64,000 bases of DNA from an uncultured archaeon. Its GTDB lineage: Archaea > Thermoplasmatota > Thermoplasmata > Thermoplasmatales > Thermoplasmataceae. This document shows positions 60,045 to 64,000 of the stretch, piece after piece. The notes below the pieces were generated by a model. The model was not told where the DNA came from and ran no database searches. It worked only from the letters and a program-made list of their open reading frames with translations. The DNA is taken from NCBI GenBank assembly GCA_000965745.1, contig CP009479.1:960001-1024000 (forward strand), in the 5' to 3' direction. Position 1 is the stretch's first letter; each line of letters opens with the position of its first letter. The position numbers and the translations under genes were made by a program.

Positions 60045-60989
60045 CTAGGCGAGCTTAACTTTCAGATTCTGTATCATGTCCTTGACAGTTCTTTCGAGAT
60101 CATACTCCGGCCTGAACCCCCAGTCCCTTTCAGCCAGGGTTGTGTCAAGGCTTGCTGGCCATGTTTCTGCAATCTCCTGCCTGTAGTCAGGCTCATATGA
60201 AACCTCAAGCCCCGGGACCTCTTTTCTTATCTCATTGTACAGCTCTTCAGGGGAAAAGGAATAGGACGCCACATTGTAGTCGGTGTGCCTGGTAAGATTT
60301 TTCAGGTCGGCTTCAGCAAGCTTGACAAGAGAAGATACTGCGTCTGGCATATACATCATTGGAAGATACGCATCAGCTCTCAGAAAGCATTTGTAAGGTT
60401 CTCCCCTGACAGCATGGTAAAACATCTGCACCGAATAGTCTGTAGTCCCGGCAGTGGGCTCCCTTACATAACTCATGATCCCCGGGAATCTCAATCCCCT
60501 CACATCCAGGTCAAACTTTTCAAAATAATATTCACCAAGCATTTCTGTTGTTACTTTTGTTATGCCATACATTGTCCTGGGGCGTGTCACCGTTACAACC
60601 GGAACATTCTCCCTGGGTGTTTCCGGCCCGAACACGCCTATTGTGCTGGGAATCACCACTCGAGACAGGCCCTTCTCGATCCCAGCCCTGAGAATGTTGT
60701 TTGTTCCCACGAGGTTAACATCAAATGCCTTGAAGGGCTTCTTTTCCCCTGTAGCTGAAAGGATTGCAGCAAGATGGTATACGGTATCAACGTCGTGTTC
60801 GTCAATTGCGTTCTCAATGGCTTCAAAGTCGGTCACATCAAGATCCAGGAACTCGAAATCCGATCCGTTTTCGCAACCAGCGGACACATCGCTGGATATG
60901 ACATTGCTCTTCCCGTACTTCTTTGCCAGGTAAGGGACAAGTTCGCTGCCGATCTGACCACATGCACCAGTTATGAGAATTTTCCGCAT
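60045..60989 (-). CDS. tdh: L-threonine 3-dehydrogenase (SDR/GalE-like type)
   Basis: ITGACGQIG, HLAAILSATGE, PSTIGVFG, MYGITK, LRFPG, GTTDY, PMMYMPD; divergent from kbl. Confidence 0.88.
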   Translation of the reverse strand: MRKILITGACGQIGSELVPYLAKKYGKSNVISSDVSAGCENGSDFEFLDLDVTDFEAIENAIDEHDVDTVYHLAAILSATGEKKPFKAFDVNLVGTNNILRAGIEKGLSRVVIPSTIGVFGPETPRENVPVVTVTRPRTMYGITKVTTEMLGEYYFEKFDLDVRGLRFPGIMSYVREPTAGTTDYSVQMFYHAVRGEPYKCFLRADAYLPMMYMPDAVSSLVKLAEADLKNLTRHTDYNVASYSFSPEELYNEIRKEVPGLEVSYEPDYRQEIAETWPASLDTTLAERDWGFRPEYDLERTVKDMIQNLKVKLA

Positions 60990-61142
60990 ATTTGACCCGA
61001 CGTAAAATCGTGTCTGAGATTAAAAGGTTATAGTGATCATGATCCACACACTGATCTTTTGCAGGATGGGTGGCCAAACCATTGGCAATCTTCGGGATAA
61101 CATAATTATCGGATCATGAGTTGTTAGATCGGTGATTAGTTT

Positions 61143-62327
61143 TTGTCAAAAATGGACTGGGTGTCGAAGGAGATCAATTCGCTGAAGGAAGCCGGCAGGT
61201 ATGTCCCAATAAGGGTGCTTGAAAGCGCCCAGGGTGCCTGGGTCAGCATTGAGAAGAAGAAAATGCTGAACATGTGCTCAAACAACTACCTTGGGCTGGC
61301 AAACAATGAAGAGGTGAAGAAGGCTGCAATCGAGGCAATAAAGGAATTTGGTGTCGGCGCAGGAGCGGTAAGATCTATTGCAGGCACCAACTCTGTCCAC
61401 CTTGAGCTTGAAAAGAAGGTTGCACTGTTCAAGCACATGGGATCATCCCTCGTCTACCAGGGAGGGCTTCTAGCCAACACGGGCACGATTCCATCAATTG
61501 TTGGGAAGGAGGACATCGTGTTCAGTGAGGAGCTGAATCATGCCAGCATAATAGATGGTGTCCGCCTGTCCTCCGCAAAAAGGGCTGTTTTCAAGCACAT
61601 GGACATGAAGGACCTTGAGAAACAGCTGAAGGAGCACAGGAATGAAGGAAAGAAAGCTCTCATTGTGACAGACGGGGTATTCAGCATGGACGGGGACATA
61701 GCGCCACTGCCTGAAATCGCAGAGCTCGGTGAAAAATACTCGGCGATGACATATGTTGATGATGCCCATGGTGAGGGAGTCCTCGGCTCCCACGGCAGGG
61801 GAATCGTGGACCACTTCAACCTTGCAGGAAAAGTCGACATAGAAATGGGAACTTTTTCCAAGGCAATCGGATCAATGGGCGGTTTCGTGGCCGGTGACGA
61901 GCAGTTTGTCGATCTGCTGAAACAGAGGGCAAGGCCGTTTCTGTTCAGCAGTGCCCTGAACGTGGGAGATGCGGCGGCGGTGTTGAAGTCCATAGAGATC
62001 CTGGAGAAGGACGATTCATTGGTGAAGAAACTATGGGATAATTCAGAATACCTCAAGAAATCACTCAATGACCTCGGCTTCAACACAGGAAGCAGCAAGA
62101 CTCCGATTACACCTGTGATTGCAGGAGACGAGAAGAAAGTCGTTGGACTGAGCAGAGCGCTCTATTCAGAGGAGAATGTATTCGCGTCACCGATCGTCTA
62201 CCCGACTGTCCCGATGGGAACTGCCCGAATAAGGCTGATGCCGTCCGCAGTGCATTCGAGGGAAGACCTTGATTACGCTGTAACAGCGTTTGAAAAACAG
62301 GGAAAGAAGCTCGGAATCCTGAAATGA
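61143..62327 (+). CDS. kbl: 2-amino-3-ketobutyrate CoA ligase (glycine C-acetyltransferase)
   Basis: [44 protein letters not shown]; TTG start after GGTGA. Confidence 0.88.
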   Translation: MSKMDWVSKEINSLKEAGRYVPIRVLESAQGAWVSIEKKKMLNMCSNNYLGLANNEEVKKAAIEAIKEFGVGAGAVRSIAGTNSVHLELEKKVALFKHMGSSLVYQGGLLANTGTIPSIVGKEDIVFSEELNHASIIDGVRLSSAKRAVFKHMDMKDLEKQLKEHRNEGKKALIVTDGVFSMDGDIAPLPEIAELGEKYSAMTYVDDAHGEGVLGSHGRGIVDHFNLAGKVDIEMGTFSKAIGSMGGFVAGDEQFVDLLKQRARPFLFSSALNVGDAAAVLKSIEILEKDDSLVKKLWDNSEYLKKSLNDLGFNTGSSKTPITPVIAGDEKKVVGLSRALYSEENVFASPIVYPTVPMGTARIRLMPSAVHSREDLDYAVTAFEKQGKKLGILK

Positions 62328-62344
62328 AGGCTGGTGTCTGATCT

Positions 62345-62363
62345 TCAATTTTCCTTTTTTTTT
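62345..62363 (+). terminator. Oligo-T archaeal terminator after kbl
   Basis: TTTTCCTTTTTTTTT about 20-35 nt after the stop. Confidence 0.45.
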
Positions 62364-62413
62364 GGAAGAAATCACGCACTGTATTTTATGCAGTCCCAGA
62401 TTCAGAACGGAAC

Positions 62414-63103
62414 ATGGAATCCACTCACATATGCGTCGGGCCAGAACCCGGAAAAAGTCTTGTGGACTTTGACTGGGACCTTCTGGAAGCAGCTGTAGTT
62501 GAAAGGCCGAACAGGTTTGTTGTTATCGCAAACCTTGGCGGGGAGTCGGTAAAATGCCATCTGCACGATCCAGGGAGGCTAAAGGAGCTAATATTTCCAG
62601 GAAACAGAATCAGGATCAGGAGAAAGCCTTCTGAAAAAACAGACTACTCGGTGGTATGTGCCCTGGATGGAGACGAATGGGTACTCATTGACAGCAGGTT
62701 TCACCCGTCGATAGCCAGGAAATTTCTCCCGGATAATGCAGTATCTGAGGTCAGGGTAGGAAGGAAGAGAATCGATTTCAAGTGTGAAAATGAATTCATA
62801 GAAGTGAAGGGCTGCACCCTCGTGGACAATGGAACTGCCAAGTTCCCGGATGCCCCCAGCCTGAGGGCAACTGAGCATGTCAGGCTCCTGACTTCAATGA
62901 AGGATGAGGGAACTCCGGCCAGCATAATGTTCCTTGTCATGAGGAAGAATGCTGAGTGTTTTGTTCCAAACAGAGATACGGATCCGGAATTCGCGGAAGC
63001 ACTGCTCAGGGCTGCTGGATCCGGCGTCAATATCGTATTCAAGAAAATGCATCTCGACGGGAAATCAATAATCTATGACGGCCAGATACAAATGTGCCAG
63101 TGA
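62414..63103 (+). CDS. sfsA: DNA/RNA nuclease SfsA (sugar fermentation stimulation protein)
   Basis: RPNRF, HLHDPGRLKEL, RIDF, IEVKGCTL, FPDAPS.RA..H, DPEF. Confidence 0.92.
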   Translation: MESTHICVGPEPGKSLVDFDWDLLEAAVVERPNRFVVIANLGGESVKCHLHDPGRLKELIFPGNRIRIRRKPSEKTDYSVVCALDGDEWVLIDSRFHPSIARKFLPDNAVSEVRVGRKRIDFKCENEFIEVKGCTLVDNGTAKFPDAPSLRATEHVRLLTSMKDEGTPASIMFLVMRKNAECFVPNRDTDPEFAEALLRAAGSGVNIVFKKMHLDGKSIIYDGQIQMCQ

Positions 63104-63228
63104 TGCTCTGCTCGCAGGATCGATTTTTCTATGTCTAGACGCATATTGATAGGATAAATGAAACTTTTCGTGTTAACCGTTTCCGTATATGTTTATATAC
63201 CAGAATTTAATTGATCGCTCGCTCTTCG

Positions 63229-63702
63229 ATGATTACGGAACACATCAAGAAAAATGATACAGAACGCGAAAAGAAGAGGACTAGACTTCTTGGAAACATC
63301 AATGTAGGCTCTGCCATGCGAAGCGCATTCGAGAGGAGGAATGAACTCCGAAGATCGCAGTCGGAAGCAGGGCATCACGACCTGATCTACCAGGGGAAGG
63401 AAGTTGACCTCCGGAGAATACCTGTTGCAAGGGAGATGTACCTGAAGAAGAAGGACACAGTTCTGGGAAACCGCTTCAAGAAAACTCTCCTTGGGTATAC
63501 CAAAGGGGCAACAAACCAGTACAGGGGCCCGCATTCAACCCATGTAAGGGAATATTCAGACCATTATACAATTCACAGGGACTTCATAGATCCTAGGAAG
63601 AACCCGGTTATCCATCTGGCAAAGGATGCGCCCATGGAGCTCGCAGGATGGATCATCGGGGGGCTGATTGCTCTCGTCATTATAGTATTCCTGATATTCT
63701 GA
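63229..63702 (+). CDS. Hypothetical membrane-anchored protein with His/Asp motif (paralog of 44991-45377)
   Basis: QYRG...HVREYSDHYTIHRDFIDPRKNPVIHLAKDAP followed by a C-terminal TM helix; ORF-track start 63211 (TTG). Confidence 0.75.
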   Translation: MITEHIKKNDTEREKKRTRLLGNINVGSAMRSAFERRNELRRSQSEAGHHDLIYQGKEVDLRRIPVAREMYLKKKDTVLGNRFKKTLLGYTKGATNQYRGPHSTHVREYSDHYTIHRDFIDPRKNPVIHLAKDAPMELAGWIIGGLIALVIIVFLIF

Positions 63703-64000
63703 TGTCGCTGTTGGTACGTTAACACCAGGTTCTTGAGGATGATCTCCCCGAAGATCCGATCATAATCGTTTTGTCTGGCATGACTGTCAGAAACATTTAA
63801 GGCAATTTTGCCTTAACATAGAAGAACAGATGATTGGGGGATTTGGACAGAGAGCCTTTAAAACACTTGAAAAAATAGAAATTTTTGTTATTGCCCATGC
63901 TCTCGCGCCTCTCTTCAGAAAATGTCATGCTGTAATCAAACAATGGTGCTGTCACAGGAGAAGCATCAGGGAGGTAGCACATGGATAGGTATCTTATGCT

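Noticed and set aside
1-64000. CRISPR array, rRNA, cas or other defence genes
   Set aside because: No regularly spaced repeats or recognisable sequences seen by eye
63981-64000. Possible gene start (GGAGG RBS then ATGGATAGG...) at the window edge
   Set aside because: Only six codons are visible, so it cannot be supported

Overview
Archaeal DNA, most likely from a Thermoplasmatales member. Evidence: egsA, UPF0179, archaeal YchF, a tRNA without encoded CCA, TTTA(A/T)A boxes about 25 nt before start codons, GGTGA RBS motifs and oligo-T terminators. Layout: (1) 1-3.7 kb, core genes ychF, UPF0179, egsA, an isoaspartyl peptidase/asparaginase and tRNA-Val(GAC). (2) Directly 3' of the tRNA, a ~270 bp non-autonomous IS200/IS605-type element that retains both end hairpins and the tnpB 3'/omegaRNA segment. 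(3) ~4-43.7 kb, a ~40 kb accessory catabolic island of about 30 genes with no regulator or integrase. It has 7 secondary transporters, two xanthine-oxidase-family Mo-hydroxylase large subunits (one with M/S/G partners), three cyclase-family amidohydrolases, two metal-dependent amidohydrolases, a CADD-type diiron oxidase, a homocitrate-synthase-like enzyme, an atypical M20 enzyme, SDRs, FAH, an aldolase and PLP enzymes. (4) 44-52 kb, hypothetical and housekeeping genes, including a multiply disrupted glycyl-tRNA synthetase pseudogene. (5) 52-58 kb, a complete bacterial-style sufC-B-D-S-U-ferredoxin operon with a divergent SufR-like regulator and a perfect inverted repeat between them. (6) An ABC exporter, divergent tdh/kbl, sfsA, and a second copy of an uncharacterised His/Asp-motif membrane-anchored protein. 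No CRISPR array or rRNA was seen. All functional calls come from motif recognition, not database searches.
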